The notes: generated from the sequence alone by a model not told the origin. Shown: positions 28,883-38,078, counted from the first letter of the stretch. The stretch is DNA of 45,743 bases from Candidatus Hodarchaeota archaeon (GCA_016840035.1 JAEOTC010000200.1:1-45743), one strand, 5' to 3'. A program made the numbers and translations.

Positions 28883-30841
28883 ATGAAAAAAGCCATAATC
28901 CTACCCATCATTCTCCTATTAGGAGTTTTCGGAATATTTATTTCAACCCCAACTGTTCCTGTATCAGGAGCATCAGTAACTCATTACTATGAAGATTTTG
29001 AAAGTGGATTATCCTCTCTATGGACTGCGACTGGGGATTGGCATATTGAAGATAATGCCACCTCGAATTACCCAATTACTGATCCCTCCGTCACGATTCC
29101 AAGTGGTACACATTATATGTGGTATGGTGATAACACATCTGGGACGTATAACAATGTCTCAGGTTATTTAACTTGGGGCCCACTTGATCTGACAACTATT
29201 CCTGGAAAAATCGAAGTTAATTTCTTTGGATGGCTTTATCATTGGAATGAATATCTTGATGTCCGGTATTCCCCAGATGGAGGTGCCTGGTATTATCCTT
29301 TTTCAGGATGGTTTGCTGCACATACTGTGCGATTCTCTCAGTTATCATTCGAAGTTCCACATTATGCTAGAACTTCAACTTTTTACTTTCAATTTCGATT
29401 TCTTCAGAATACAATGTACGGGGAAAGTGAATTCGGGTGGCGAATTGATGATGTGGCAATCACAGAGACTCCTGATTATTCCATTGAGTTTGAACAGTTG
29501 GGAGTAAAGAATGCACTTGTGGACGAGACAAGATCACTCGGGTATAGTATAAAATTGCTCTATTCTGAAAGTCAGATGACACAAATTATGGTGAATATTA
29601 CCAGTCCTTCGAGTATGCGGGAAATGATTGTTCTCGAGGATGTTACTCTTAGCAGTGGAGAAAAGTGGTATTACTCTCATGAGTATACGTTTACCGAAGA
29701 AGGAATCTATAACATCACAGTGTATGCAGTAGATGAACTGGGAACTCTCTTTGCAGAATCCAAGATCTGGGAGATAGGGCCTTACTTAGTGATGCATAGA
29801 ACTGATAGTGGATATTTCGTTAATATAGGTGAAACTCCAACAATGGAATTCATGATCATTAGTTTCTATGACGTTGATACAATTTTTGATATAAATATAT
29901 GGGTTGAATCAGCTATTGGGGGCAATCATACTATATATCAAACGCAAACTGAAATTACAACGTTTGAAGAATTCAGATTCAGTGCTTCAGAAACTTTTTT
30001 AGAAAAAGGATCTCATAGAGTATTTATGAATGCTGTAGATCCGATGGGAAAGAACTATACAAGATTTGAAGGTTACTGGGAAGTCGGTCCCTATTACTTC
30101 TCTTGGGTAGAAAATATTGAGCCTTATGAAGAACGTTATGTGGGCGAATCAATACCACTCAATGTCTTTGTAGAGGCTAGGACGGCTACATCAGGTGAGA
30201 TAGACATCCAAGTTGAAATAATTGATCCAGATTATTTCGTCGAAAGAGTTTATGAAGAATCGGCGTTAGCTTTTCCCCCAGAGGAAATTTGGAACCAAAC
30301 CGTATCATACACCTGTACTAAAGCTGGCCTCTATCAATTAGATGTTTTGATGGTAAATTCATCAGATCCTTCCGAATTTTGGTGGAGCGATCGTGTCTCA
30401 TGGTTTACAATCGAGGAATTAAGTTTAACAATAACTCAAGAGGGCCATTATGCTACCCTCAATGAAGAAGAAACCATGGAATTTATCCTTGAAAATCATT
30501 ACGGATATGAAAAAGAGGTAGATATTCTTATCTCGGTTGAAACACCAAGTAATAACGAAGTCGTTCTACATGAAGAGACAGTAACGCTACAAACAGGAGA
30601 AATGTGGAGTTTAACACTGGAATATACCTTTGAGGAAACGGGACGTTATGTAGTTGAATTTCAAGTCGTTGATGACACTGGAAAAGAATGGTTGGAAGAT
30701 AGCTGGTGGAGCATTCCCTCTGATAACACAACCACAGACACTACTCTATCCCTAGATTCTCCAGGTTTTGGATTGGTACTTCCTTTGTTGTCAGTTTTAG
30801 TCATCTTGGTTGGAAGTCGGTTATTTCGAAAAAAAAGATAA
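28883..30841 (+). CDS. Cell-surface glycoprotein: N-terminal beta-sandwich, four Ig-like repeats, PGF-type C-terminal sorting signal
   Basis: Signal peptide; EDFESG...GWRIDDV; repeats YTFTEEGIY/FLEKGSH/YTCTKAGLY/YTFEETGRY; Thr-rich linker, SPGF, TM, RKKR. Confidence 0.8.
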   Translation: MKKAIILPIILLLGVFGIFISTPTVPVSGASVTHYYEDFESGLSSLWTATGDWHIEDNATSNYPITDPSVTIPSGTHYMWYGDNTSGTYNNVSGYLTWGPLDLTTIPGKIEVNFFGWLYHWNEYLDVRYSPDGGAWYYPFSGWFAAHTVRFSQLSFEVPHYARTSTFYFQFRFLQNTMYGESEFGWRIDDVAITETPDYSIEFEQLGVKNALVDETRSLGYSIKLLYSESQMTQIMVNITSPSSMREMIVLEDVTLSSGEKWYYSHEYTFTEEGIYNITVYAVDELGTLFAESKIWEIGPYLVMHRTDSGYFVNIGETPTMEFMIISFYDVDTIFDINIWVESAIGGNHTIYQTQTEITTFEEFRFSASETFLEKGSHRVFMNAVDPMGKNYTRFEGYWEVGPYYFSWVENIEPYEERYVGESIPLNVFVEARTATSGEIDIQVEIIDPDYFVERVYEESALAFPPEEIWNQTVSYTCTKAGLYQLDVLMVNSSDPSEFWWSDRVSWFTIEELSLTITQEGHYATLNEEETMEFILENHYGYEKEVDILISVETPSNNEVVLHEETVTLQTGEMWSLTLEYTFEETGRYVVEFQVVDDTGKEWLEDSWWSIPSDNTTTDTTLSLDSPGFGLVLPLLSVLVILVGSRLFRKKR

Positions 30842-30879
30842 ACACACCTTTTCGTTATGCTGATATAAACTAATCATCA

Positions 30880-31263
30880 CTAACTAGAATCTTGGTGGCA
30901 CATATCCAAGGACCAATGAATAAAAGGCTGTAAGCTCATTTTTAATTCCCGACCTTGGGGTGTCAACTGATACTCTACTCGCAATGGAATTTCATTAAAG
31001 ACTTCTCTTCTAAGGAGATTGTGGGTCGTCAAATCAGTTAACCGTTGAGACATGGTGGTATCACTGATTTTGTCTTTACTTAATCCATTTAACCGAGTCC
31101 GAATTTCAGAATATCGTAGTGGGTCTGATTCAGGAAAAATCAATAATGTAAACAACATCCACTTTCGGCTAAGGAGTTCAGTGTATTTAATAAGAGGTTT
31201 CAAACAGACACCATTAATCTCAATCTGAAAGCAATCTTGGATTATTTCACGAGTTTTTTGCAT
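30880..31263 (-). CDS. HxlR family winged-helix regulator
   Basis: C-L-K-P near N-terminus, LLSRKW, LRYSEI, ISDTTMSQRL, EIPLRVEYQLTPQG. Confidence 0.9.
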   Translation of the reverse strand: MQKTREIIQDCFQIEINGVCLKPLIKYTELLSRKWMLFTLLIFPESDPLRYSEIRTRLNGLSKDKISDTTMSQRLTDLTTHNLLRREVFNEIPLRVEYQLTPQGRELKMSLQPFIHWSLDMCHQDSS

Positions 31264-31363
31264 ACTTAATCACTCTAAAGCTACTAAGAATGGATTTAGT
31301 TACCAATTTATATACTATTTTTATTGGAGTTAATCCAGCATTTAAAGTTGGTGAAAATCAAAC

Positions 31364-31522
31364 ATGACAGACAAAAAAGGCTGCAAATGTAATAGCCATG
31401 GAAAAGGACATCATAAAGATATGTCACATGCTGAAACAGTTGAACATTCCAAAGAATGTCTTGATAATATTATTGAAAAGCTGCAATGTCTTAGAGAATC
31501 ACTTGAAAATCTAGAAGCCTAG
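31364..31522 (+). CDS. Small Cys/His-rich protein (52 aa), absent from the ORF track
   Basis: MTDKKGCKCNSHGKGHHKDMSHAETVEHSKECLDNIIEKLQCLRESLENLEA*; GGTGA SD at 31350 and TTTATATA at 31307. Confidence 0.75.
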   Translation: MTDKKGCKCNSHGKGHHKDMSHAETVEHSKECLDNIIEKLQCLRESLENLEA

Positions 31523-31526
31523 GTTT

Positions 31527-33644
31527 TCAGGTCTCTCCTCTTTTTTTTTCCGATTTGAGGAATAAGTTCATTTTTTTCTTTTGTCTCCGTTTATAGCCCG
31601 AAAAAAGAATTACTCCAGTTCCCAAAAATAAAAAACCAAAATCTGTGGAATTTTGAGTGGTTGAACTTTCATCGGGGGTAGAATTACCATTTTGGATAGT
31701 GAATAACCAATCAGAGACATCCCATGCAGTTATGCCTATAGAACAAGTAGCAACAACCTTGAGTAGGTAACTAAAACCATCTTGGACGGTATTTGTATTC
31801 CAGAGAAGCTCAGTAGTATAAAGATTTGATTCAATTTGATCCCAAGTAACTCCACAATCAGATGAATAATAAACTGAGTAGTGAATTATATGAAAATAAG
31901 GATCAAGTGAGGAATCCCATTTAACGGTGATTGTCCCTGAGAGAGTTTCCATTCCATTAGGATGCATTATTTTTGGAACAGTAATCTCATGGAAAGGAAC
32001 ATAATGCCATGGAGAAAACCCCCCTAAGATTTCATAGGGTATCGTACGTGGAGATTCATCTTGATTTAATGAAGAACCTGCAAGAATATACGGGGAGTCC
32101 ACTATCTCATCTAAATTATTGTCTGGAGTTGTCCACTCATTCCAAAAATTTTTTTCCACTACATTGTTTATTCCGCTATCATGTGCCTGGGAATTGCCAT
32201 AATTATTCCCATAGAAGTTATTCCTTCTAACGTTAATAAAATTCGATTTTAGGAGATTTACACCAAAGTTGGAATTATTGAAAAGAAGATTGGTCTCTAT
32301 TAAACCACTATTTGTTTCCTGATAGAGTATTCCTTGACTGTTGTTGAAAACCGTATTATTGTATATACTATTTAATCCAGAAGCTTGAGCCTCTATTCCA
32401 TTCTGGAGATTATTCATAACGGAATTATTAAAGAATTCGTTGAAAGTTGAATGAGAAAGAAGTATCCCACTTTTACTGCTCTTAGTTATGATATTTCCAT
32501 CGAGAGTGCATTCATCTGTATGGTCTAGGATAATACCATGGGTTTTGCTGTTTGAAATCTCATTGTTATGCAAGGAAATGTTCAAACAATAAAATGTACT
32601 TAAACTTTTTAATTTTTGATTATTCACCATTACAGAGTCGCAATTGACTAGAATGATTTGTTCTGCATTTTCTGGAACTATCTCACTTTGGATATTCTGC
32701 CAAAAAACTAATTTCTTTCCATTTATCGAATTATTCTGGATATCTGTTTGGAAGTAGTGATCAATATTTTCACCACTAATAGTAAATGTATTATTTTCTA
32801 ATTTATTACCAACTATTGTACAATTTCCAGTATTCTGGATAAATACACCCGTAAAACTTCCTTTAAAGTCATTATGAGAGATATAATTACTCCAGAGGGT
32901 ACAATTATTGGAATTTTCTAATTTAACTCCATCGTTACCATGATAGGTAATTGAATTATTGAGCAGGGTACAATCTCGGGAATTAGTAAATCTTGCCCCA
33001 TAGTTACCATTATGGATAATTGAGTTATTAGAAATATAACAGTTTATTGATGCCCAAATCAGAAATCCATCTATACCCACGTTAATAACTTTATTATTAG
33101 ATAGTGTGCAATTGCCTGAATTCACTAATGAGATGCCAGTTTGTTGGATATTGGATATTGTGTTGTTAGAAATAACGGTATTCCATGATTTTGCAAGATT
33201 AATGCCATAAAAATAGCTAATACTAATTGAGCTGTTGATAATTGATCCATTGGTTACGTTATTGAGAGATATCCCCCCAAACCCCCCTTTTACAATAATA
33301 TTCCTAATTTCAAAATATACAGCAGTGTTGCTAATGTCTATCAAAACTTCAGAATTACTCGTTATATCAATTCTTTCAATGATATATGGGAAATTTATTG
33401 TCCCATTCCCTTGCCACATCTCATTATTCGCTTGGATTTGAAAATTATCATTGCCATCAATTATAATTGGGTCATGATCATCATAAGGTTGGGAGATTTT
33501 GGAAGAAATTTGAAAGCTTTCACTAAACTGATACTTCGCACGAGGAGACGAATATTGATCGATTTTAGATGGGAATTCTACAACAAAACTTATACTGATC
33601 ATAGTAAACAGAAGAAATAGTAATAGCGGGTGTCTATTTTTCAG
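31527..33644 (-). CDS. NosD/beta-helix surface protein with Ig-like domain and C-terminal anchor; probable CTG start
   Basis: GNGTINFPYII, many Asn-rich repeats, NFWNEW, HPNGMETLSG, S/T linker, TM, KRRQKKK; signal peptide complete only from CTG 33644. Confidence 0.82.
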   Translation of the reverse strand: MKNRHPLLLFLLFTMISISFVVEFPSKIDQYSSPRAKYQFSESFQISSKISQPYDDHDPIIIDGNDNFQIQANNEMWQGNGTINFPYIIERIDITSNSEVLIDISNTAVYFEIRNIIVKGGFGGISLNNVTNGSIINSSISISYFYGINLAKSWNTVISNNTISNIQQTGISLVNSGNCTLSNNKVINVGIDGFLIWASINCYISNNSIIHNGNYGARFTNSRDCTLLNNSITYHGNDGVKLENSNNCTLWSNYISHNDFKGSFTGVFIQNTGNCTIVGNKLENNTFTISGENIDHYFQTDIQNNSINGKKLVFWQNIQSEIVPENAEQIILVNCDSVMVNNQKLKSLSTFYCLNISLHNNEISNSKTHGIILDHTDECTLDGNIITKSSKSGILLSHSTFNEFFNNSVMNNLQNGIEAQASGLNSIYNNTVFNNSQGILYQETNSGLIETNLLFNNSNFGVNLLKSNFINVRRNNFYGNNYGNSQAHDSGINNVVEKNFWNEWTTPDNNLDEIVDSPYILAGSSLNQDESPRTIPYEILGGFSPWHYVPFHEITVPKIMHPNGMETLSGTITVKWDSSLDPYFHIIHYSVYYSSDCGVTWDQIESNLYTTELLWNTNTVQDGFSYLLKVVATCSIGITAWDVSDWLFTIQNGNSTPDESSTTQNSTDFGFLFLGTGVILFSGYKRRQKKKMNLFLKSEKKRGET

Positions 33645-33671
33645 TTCACAACATCTCCCTAGGAAGAATCT

Positions 33672-34583
33672 CTAGACCTCTTTGGTTTTTTCTCGATATT
33701 TCTTTCTATAGATTTTAATAAATACAACAGTGGAAATAACTATCAGACCAAAAAAGCCTGTTGAGGTTTCTGAAGTAGTAATAGTTGTGGTAGGTTTCGT
33801 TGTGGTTGTAGTAGACAGTTCCGTTGTTGTAGTAGATGTTGTTTCCTCAATAGTAAAATCACTTACAGTTATATTGTCAAAACCAGAGTTACCCCTAAAT
33901 GAAACGAAATTAAAAACTTCTGATGTTGTAGTTTCATTATCAGTAACATTAATTACTTGTTCTGAATCGAAGTAAATGTTAAATTCCCCTTGTAAATTTC
34001 TTGAGATGTCTATATGATGTGTACCAACAATAGCACTTGGAAATTCATATGTGGTCAAGATAGTAAAGCTTGGAATATATGAAGCGAAAGTTATCCCTGG
34101 AACTGCAGCACCAGCAATAGCATCCGTATTTGCCGATGAAATAAGCAATAAACCATACCCAGTGACACCCGATAAGAATTCAGTTTCAGTTAATCCCTCC
34201 ATACTGTAATTATTAACATGATCAGTAAAAATAAAGGCTACCACATCATACCCTAGATGTGAACGATTATCAACAACAGTCCAGTCGAAGCTCCAGTTGC
34301 CATACGCAACAGAACTCTCACGATAGGCAAAAGCCGCAGTATCAAAAGCAATAGTATCAGGTCCTCTGAGTACCCCGTCGATGACACTCATTCCTATTTC
34401 AGAAATTTCCGTAAACCAAGACATATATGGTCTTTGCCAGTTTTTAAATGTCCAACCAGTCGGATTTTCGGAATCGAAGATTTCAGTCCATATTACAATA
34501 GCTTGACCTTGTTGTACTGGAAAAAGCACAAGAATAATGAGAAAAGTACCAGAAAAGTTTAGAAATTTTGTTTTTTTTGTCAT
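33672..34583 (-). CDS. Secreted beta-sandwich (lectin-like) surface protein with Thr-rich stalk and C-terminal anchor
   Basis: Signal peptide, AYGNWSFD, HHIDISRN..GEFNIYFD, FDNITV, poly-Thr, TGF, TM, RKK. Confidence 0.75.
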   Translation of the reverse strand: MTKKTKFLNFSGTFLIILVLFPVQQGQAIVIWTEIFDSENPTGWTFKNWQRPYMSWFTEISEIGMSVIDGVLRGPDTIAFDTAAFAYRESSVAYGNWSFDWTVVDNRSHLGYDVVAFIFTDHVNNYSMEGLTETEFLSGVTGYGLLLISSANTDAIAGAAVPGITFASYIPSFTILTTYEFPSAIVGTHHIDISRNLQGEFNIYFDSEQVINVTDNETTTSEVFNFVSFRGNSGFDNITVSDFTIEETTSTTTTELSTTTTTKPTTTITTSETSTGFFGLIVISTVVFIKIYRKKYREKTKEV

Positions 34584-34688
34584 CTTCTATCATCAACCAC
34601 AAGAAGCAGCTAATCAGATTTGATCTTCTGTCATTAATATGGAGAACTAATATTTTCTAATTAGGTAATATATTTTCCCTGAATATTG

Positions 34689-36362
34689 CTAGGCAATTTC
34701 GTCCTCAGAGAAGACTTTTAACTTATCGATTGTGATTTTTAAGGCTTCTTTTAAGGTTAGTAAGAACTTATACCCTTTAGGTGTAATAGTATAGTTTCGA
34801 TAACGCGCATCGTGGAGAACTTTGCTGGAAACAAATGGTTCCACATACTTTAGCTTATTTAAATTCTTAATATCTTTAGAGAGTGTCGAAACAGGAATAT
34901 TTAAGCTTTGAGCCAATTTGACAAGGCTAGCTTCCTTTGGGTCTTGAAACCCAATCTCAATTAAGGTTAAAATTGTACGACCTTTGAGTCCAGAAACTAG
35001 ATCCTGTTTGATTTCATGAGGGAAGTATTCAACCAAATCTAGAGGATCTTCTGGTTTGGTGATCACAATGGTTGTCGGTTCATGATGTGGATCATTCTGA
35101 ATGTTCTCCACCCCCACAATTAACTTGTGATAGATTGGTTTCAAATCTTCGATTTGAGGATGGGAAAAAAATTCTGGCAAAAGGAGGGGAGGTTTAATAT
35201 TAGATAAGGCTGATTTTAATCTGAATTTTTCAGGATAAAGAATGTATGTTACACAAAGGGTTAAAGGAAGAAATAAGGACAATAAATATAACAATACTGA
35301 GATTAAGACCTCAAAAAATGAATTTGCTTTAGCAGGTGCATTTAAATAGTCAGTAACTGATACTAAAGGATACGGATCAGTATTGTTTGCATTTCCATCA
35401 AGGGGATACTGGAGATCGATAATTAAATCCTTGTTACTGTCAATTACAGGCCAATCATCCCAATGATTATATTCAAAAGTATTAAATGAACCGCTATCTT
35501 TCGACTGATGTCCTCCGAGATTGTTTTGATGAAAATTATTAAATGTAAAACGATTTTCAATTGCCCCAGATTCAATTAAAACTCCATATTGCCTATTATA
35601 TTGAAGATGATTGAATTCAAAAGTATTCCTATGCGCATAATCAAGACGAACACCCTGTAAGCTATTATTAAAGATGGAATTATGACTAAATTCGTTGTCG
35701 TTGGCCTGATTAAGAAGAGTAACACCGAAATGACCATCGAAAATGGCATTATTGGTAATTAGAGAATCAGAACAATTATTAAGAAGGAGATTACTGTAAA
35801 AGAGATCACCTTGATGATGATTGTAAATTGAATTATTGCTAATCGTTATGTTTTGAGTCTCTTTAAGGTAAACACCAGTTGTGAGATGATCATAGACGGA
35901 ATTGTTGATGAAAATACTGTTTGTAACGTTGGTGATTTTCAGGCCTGAAATACATTCCGCAACAACGTTCTTCTCAATAATAGCATTCCTGACGTTGGTA
36001 AGAGAGATCCCACACATCGCAGATGACCCCCCAGTTAAAAGATTACTACTAATAATGAAATGAACTGAAGTATTCTTAATACTGATTAAATCATCAGCAG
36101 TATCTGTAATACTAAAGTGTTGTATGCGATAAGGATCGGAAGATGTTCCTGTACCTAAAAATCCTTGAGAGGAGAAATCAGCGTTAGAAGTGATTAGGAT
36201 TGATGCATGAGGATTATTACTATGGTGTTTGGAAGAACTAAGAAATGAGTCACTTTCATTATCCAAGTTGCGTTGGATAATAGATGTAGAATCAGCTGAT
36301 ATCATATGAAATAGGAATCCAATAAGAGTAATGGTCAGTACTGTTCTTCGTGAGAATTTCAT
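34689..36362 (-). CDS. NosD beta-helix ectodomain - TM - cytoplasmic MarR-like winged HTH protein
   Basis: Signal peptide; beta-helix aa ~50-335; TM aa ~352-376; LAQSLNIPVSTLSKDIKNL...DARYRNYTITPKG. Confidence 0.8.
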   Translation of the reverse strand: MKFSRRTVLTITLIGFLFHMISADSTSIIQRNLDNESDSFLSSSKHHSNNPHASILITSNADFSSQGFLGTGTSSDPYRIQHFSITDTADDLISIKNTSVHFIISSNLLTGGSSAMCGISLTNVRNAIIEKNVVAECISGLKITNVTNSIFINNSVYDHLTTGVYLKETQNITISNNSIYNHHQGDLFYSNLLLNNCSDSLITNNAIFDGHFGVTLLNQANDNEFSHNSIFNNSLQGVRLDYAHRNTFEFNHLQYNRQYGVLIESGAIENRFTFNNFHQNNLGGHQSKDSGSFNTFEYNHWDDWPVIDSNKDLIIDLQYPLDGNANNTDPYPLVSVTDYLNAPAKANSFFEVLISVLLYLLSLFLPLTLCVTYILYPEKFRLKSALSNIKPPLLLPEFFSHPQIEDLKPIYHKLIVGVENIQNDPHHEPTTIVITKPEDPLDLVEYFPHEIKQDLVSGLKGRTILTLIEIGFQDPKEASLVKLAQSLNIPVSTLSKDIKNLNKLKYVEPFVSSKVLHDARYRNYTITPKGYKFLLTLKEALKITIDKLKVFSEDEIA

Positions 36363-36549
36363 AAAGAAAATCTACCCGTAATTCTGATTGGCAAAAGTTA
36401 ATGTTAGTTTTTTAGAAATAGCAATAAGATATTTATTTTTATCTAAGTATAGATCATTTATTTCTATTGATAGTTGAGAATTCTGTCTTCTGAAAGACTA
36501 GTGTAATTCTTCAAGTAGATTAGTAAAGAGGATAAAAACAAAATTTCGT

Positions 36550-36744
36550 CTATTTTCTTCGTTTGTACAACGTAGTAGATATTAAAACGGCTACTATAAG
36601 TGAAAAAGGATCCAATGGAAGAGCGGTATTGGCCAAGGTCGTTATGTTGGTGGTGGTAGTTGTTATGGTCATTATCGTCATAGTCTGTATCTGAACGGGA
36701 TTTTCAAAATTGATTTCCACAAACCAGATGTCATTGTAACTAGT
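36550..36744 (-). pseudogene. 3' remnant (or micro-gene) of an anchored surface protein
   Basis: TSYNDIWFVEINFENPVQIQTMTIMTITTTTTNITTLANTALPLDPFSLIVAVLISTTLYKRRK*; in-frame TGA immediately upstream, no signal peptide. Confidence 0.6.
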
Positions 36745-36816
36745 TCAAAAAAAAATCTTTGATTTTTGGAAATCATGATAATAAAACTAAAAAAAAAGTA
36801 AGGGTTTTACTCTTAG

Positions 36817-37251
36817 TCACTCAAGATTAATTAGTTTCCACCCTGTTGCTTTGGGATCCTCGTGAGCTAAAGATCGACTAGCGATATATATCACATAGAG
36901 AAGAAAACCTAGAGATTTTAAGAAACTCATGTTTTCCTTAATACTCCTAATTTCTCCATCTTCATTGACTGACACGACGCGTAAATTCATAATTTTCATG
37001 AAGACTGTCTGTCCATCCAGTACATAACACGGGATTATTGAGTAATAACCTATAAGACCCAATAAAATCCCAGGAATTAATACAAATGGGGGACTTATAT
37101 CAGGAAATACTGCTGTAAAGACAAAAAAAAGTGGAACTGCAATAAGAAGACAAGCAAAAAGAAGTATTCCAATAATAAAATCTATATATGCAACGAATCG
37201 TCGTTTGATATATCCAGGTTCATTTAATGTTGTTTTTGTATCATTTGACAT
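36817..37251 (-). CDS. RDD family membrane protein
   Basis: KRRFVAYIDF, two TM helices, GQTVFMKIMNLRVV. Confidence 0.75.
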   Translation of the reverse strand: MSNDTKTTLNEPGYIKRRFVAYIDFIIGILLFACLLIAVPLFFVFTAVFPDISPPFVLIPGILLGLIGYYSIIPCYVLDGQTVFMKIMNLRVVSVNEDGEIRSIKENMSFLKSLGFLLYVIYIASRSLAHEDPKATGWKLINLE

Positions 37252-37520
37252 AATTAAGCGCCCGTTCTCTGCATGTGCCCTTTTCTTAAAAGTTTTTTGA
37301 CCTTGTGAGAAACTCGGTATGGATTTTAATGAAAATAAGCTTGAAATAAACAGAAAATTATGTTATTCTGAGAAATATATGCAAAGTTGTTAGTTGGTTA
37401 CCATTTGGTCAGTTATCATTGTTATACAATAAGTGCGTCTACTACGCTAGAAATCCGAATAATCAACAATTACGAATTGTTGTTGAATTGATCTTTGTTG
37501 AAATTAGGAAATTATATGTG

Positions 37521-37630
37521 GAAAACTAGCGAAAACTAGTGAAATAAATTACAAAAACTAGGTTGAATTGGAAGAAAGGATGAAAAAAACAGAATAGAAT
37601 GCGTTTTCCCATTTCGCCAACATTTATAAA
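37521..37630 (+). promoter_or_regulatory. Promoter region of the sulfur operon: AAAACTAG repeats and TATA box
   Basis: GAAAACTAG at 37521 and 37531, AAAACTAG at 37554; TTTATAAA at 37623-37630. Confidence 0.5.
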
Positions 37631-37825
37631 TCAAATTGGCATATTGGTTATTGAATAGTTTCAACGCACATAACCACTCTTAACAATCCGAAAAGTGATC
37701 TGATTCTTCAGCTCATTCTTAATACGGAAATCCTAACCGAAGCTTCAGAGACTTTGGAACTATTCATTAAAATTCATAGTAATTACGAAGAAACACTGAA
37801 TTTAACTGTTAAGGATGAAAATACA

Positions 37826-38062
37826 ATGAGTGAAATACATAAAACCCTAGATGCACGCGGACTTAGTTGCCCTATGCCTGTTTTGAAATCAAAGAAAGCT
37901 TTGAAAGAAATTAATGTCGGTCAAGTGTTAGAAATTCTATCAACAGACCCTGGAAGTATGGCTGATATACCAGCATGGACCCGAACAACTGGTCAAGAAC
38001 TTCTTACCTCGGAAGAAAGAGGTCCAAAAGACTTTCGATATTTGGTCAAACGAATGAAATAA
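37826..38062 (+). CDS. tusA: Sulfur carrier TusA
   Basis: LDARGLSCPMP, STDPGSMADIPAW; frame is open upstream to 37655. Confidence 0.92.
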   Translation: MSEIHKTLDARGLSCPMPVLKSKKALKEINVGQVLEILSTDPGSMADIPAWTRTTGQELLTSEERGPKDFRYLVKRMK

Positions 38063-38078
38063 AGGATGATGCAAAAGT

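Noticed and set aside
33770-33850. GTT/GTA/GTG-rich repetitive tract
   Set aside because: Simply encodes the Thr-rich stalk of the minus-strand surface protein; not a CRISPR or satellite
31527-34583. The two surface genes are in the same frame separated by a single TAG (33672-33674), suggesting pyrrolysine or readthrough fusion
   Set aside because: The upstream protein ends in a complete TM plus basic tail and the downstream one has its own SD and signal peptide; same frame is a 1-in-3 coincidence
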